IMG/VR virus record: IMGVR_UViG_3300003690_000090
Span: 1 to 64,000 of that record
Length of the DNA: 64,000 bases
Origin: a virus
Reading direction: 5' to 3' (one strand)
This document shows, piece after piece, positions 62,405-64,000 of this stretch (its first letter is position 1; every line of letters starts with the position of its first letter). A program made the position numbers and the translations under genes. The notes under the pieces were generated by a model. That model was given only the letters and a program-made list of their open reading frames with translations. It was not told the DNA's origin and ran no database searches.

Positions 62405-64000
62405 ATGAAAACCCAAACCTTTCAGGTTCTACAACTTCGCGGAATGAACGAGCGCTGGGTTCCAGAGCCCAACGAGGCCGAGCTGATCCGCGACATGACG
62501 TGGGACGGAAAGGATGGGTGGAAGGACTCTGGCGGCTATCGTGCGATCGCAACCAAGTTCACTACGGAAGGGACTGGAAAGGAAGGGGCGCTCGAAAGTT
62601 CTGGAAATCCCTTTTCCCTTTTCGGGAACCGATACAGCATCACCAGCATTCATTGGTTTGCTCAACACAACGGAGCTCGGCAGTGGATGGTTTACGAAAC
62701 CGAAAATGGGCGGCTTCGCGCTTTCGACGGGGCGCGGGCACCGTATGACAACCCATGGAGGGATCTAAAGCAGATCAACTACACGGGTGATTCCTCGTTT
62801 TCGACAACCAACAACATCACTAAACGACAGTTCGACCCCCTCGGTTTTGGCACTCAATACCAAGTCTGGGGTGGGCGCCTGTACATGGTCAATGGCCTCA
62901 ACGAGCCGTTGGTGTTCGACGGCGAGAAAGTCGAAAGGGCGGGATTCCATACAGCTCCCGCCCAGGGTCAAGGCTCAACAAACTATGAGTTCGCCGCAAC
63001 CTCTTGTGGCTGGCCGGAACAGCATGAAGCTCACAACACAGTGGACGCTACCGGCAGCGGGGGCGACCTTAGGGACTGGGTCGTTACCGGCCTCAGAATG
63101 CGCACGGAACTAGACGGCGGCGGCGACGACGCAAAAAATGGTGCCGTGTTTTTCAACGAGATTCCGGGCCTTGGTCTTGGCTACAAGCACATTCCGGAAA
63201 ACCCAATCAATTACGAACCCAACCACCTTATCGATCCACAGTTCCTGAGAAAGGATCTCTACCAATACAGGGTCACGTTTGTGAATGAGCGCGGCCAGGA
63301 ATCGCCGCCATCCATTCCAACAGACGGCGTTCAGATTCGCAACGGAATTGGTGAACAGTCTACAGACGGCGGCGCCACCGGCAACTTCGAAAGATCGAAG
63401 TCTGGTTGCCAAAAAGGTGGCCGGGGCCTCATCTGGCTCCAGATTCCTACTGGTGGCCCAGAAGTTGTCGCCAGGCGGGTTTATAGAACGCGGCAGCAGA
63501 TGGACAGTGACGGAAACCTGGTGAGTCTTAGCCGGGGTACGAAGTACTATTTTGTTAGAGAGATTCAAGACAACGCCACTACTGGGTTTCTTGATGGAGC
63601 TCCGGATACCCAGCTTGGCAGCTTGCTCGATGAGAGTGACTTTGGGCCATTTCCAAGCGATGCGGCCTACATCGCTGTGTTCAAGAACACCATGTTTGCC
63701 GCTGGTTCCAACGACAACCTGCTCCGGTTCTCTGCGCCGTTGATGCCCGAAGTTTTTCCGCTCGACAATACCTTCAACATTGGTGATTCCGTTGGCGGTC
63801 CGATCACAGGCATGAAGGCCACCAAGAATGCTTTGGTTGTCTTCAAGCGTCGTGGCATCTACCTCGTCAAGGGAGACACGTTCAATGGATTTTACACCGA
63901 GACGCTAACCCAAGACGCTGGTTGTGTAGCGCCGAATTCCATTGCTGAAATTCCTAGCCTGGGCACAGTGTTTCTTTCGGAACAAGGCGTCATGATGTTG
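62405..64000 (+). CDS. Tail nozzle/stabilisation beta-propeller protein (partial, not in ORF track)
   Basis: ATG 62405 (MKTQTFQV...) in frame with the window end; LLRFS..P, GPITGM, LVVFKRRGIY, GCVAPNSI, VFLSEQG motifs. Confidence 0.72.
   Translation, partial: MKTQTFQVLQLRGMNERWVPEPNEAELIRDMTWDGKDGWKDSGGYRAIATKFTTEGTGKEGALESSGNPFSLFGNRYSITSIHWFAQHNGARQWMVYETENGRLRAFDGARAPYDNPWRDLKQINYTGDSSFSTTNNITKRQFDPLGFGTQYQVWGGRLYMVNGLNEPLVFDGEKVERAGFHTAPAQGQGSTNYEFAATSCGWPEQHEAHNTVDATGSGGDLRDWVVTGLRMRTELDGGGDDAKNGAVFFNEIPGLGLGYKHIPENPINYEPNHLIDPQFLRKDLYQYRVTFVNERGQESPPSIPTDGVQIRNGIGEQSTDGGATGNFERSKSGCQKGGRGLIWLQIPTGGPEVVARRVYRTRQQMDSDGNLVSLSRGTKYYFVREIQDNATTGFLDGAPDTQLGSLLDESDFGPFPSDAAYIAVFKNTMFAAGSNDNLLRFSAPLMPEVFPLDNTFNIGDSVGGPITGMKATKNALVVFKRRGIYLVKGDTFNGFYTETLTQDAGCVAPNSIAEIPSLGTVFLSEQGVMML

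Overview
The whole window reads as most of a circularly permuted dsDNA tailed-phage genome; no host housekeeping genes, integrase, tRNA or CRISPR were seen. All calls come from motifs read by eye, with no database search. Layout: (1-18.4 kb, +) a 3860-aa virion/ejection-type polyvalent protein, small beta-rich structural proteins, holin-like proteins and an endolysin. (18.4-33.6 kb, mostly -) RecT/YqaJ recombination, VirE-type helicase plus Toprim primase, a DNA-modification block (PAPS-reductase-like, N4/N6 MTase, QueC, frameshifted DpdA/TGT-like gene), an SF2 helicase and a candidate origin. (33.9-42.9 kb) an early region of small-gene cassettes with a shared promoter/leader and six clusters of a co-oriented repeat. 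(43-46.3 kb, +) a strongly G-skewed block with a C5 MTase and RusA. (46.5-64 kb, +) large unknown proteins, HNH, terminase, portal, scaffold, capsid and tail adaptor/nozzle genes, suggesting a podovirus-like virion. Most notable: a dpdA-like/queC cassette bracketed by exact 18-bp direct repeats and interrupted at a G8 tract (candidate switchable 7-deazaguanine modification module); about 24 strand-polarised intergenic repeats that end next to a sharp skew switch; and an ATPase-less paralog of the VirE helicase beside the putative origin.
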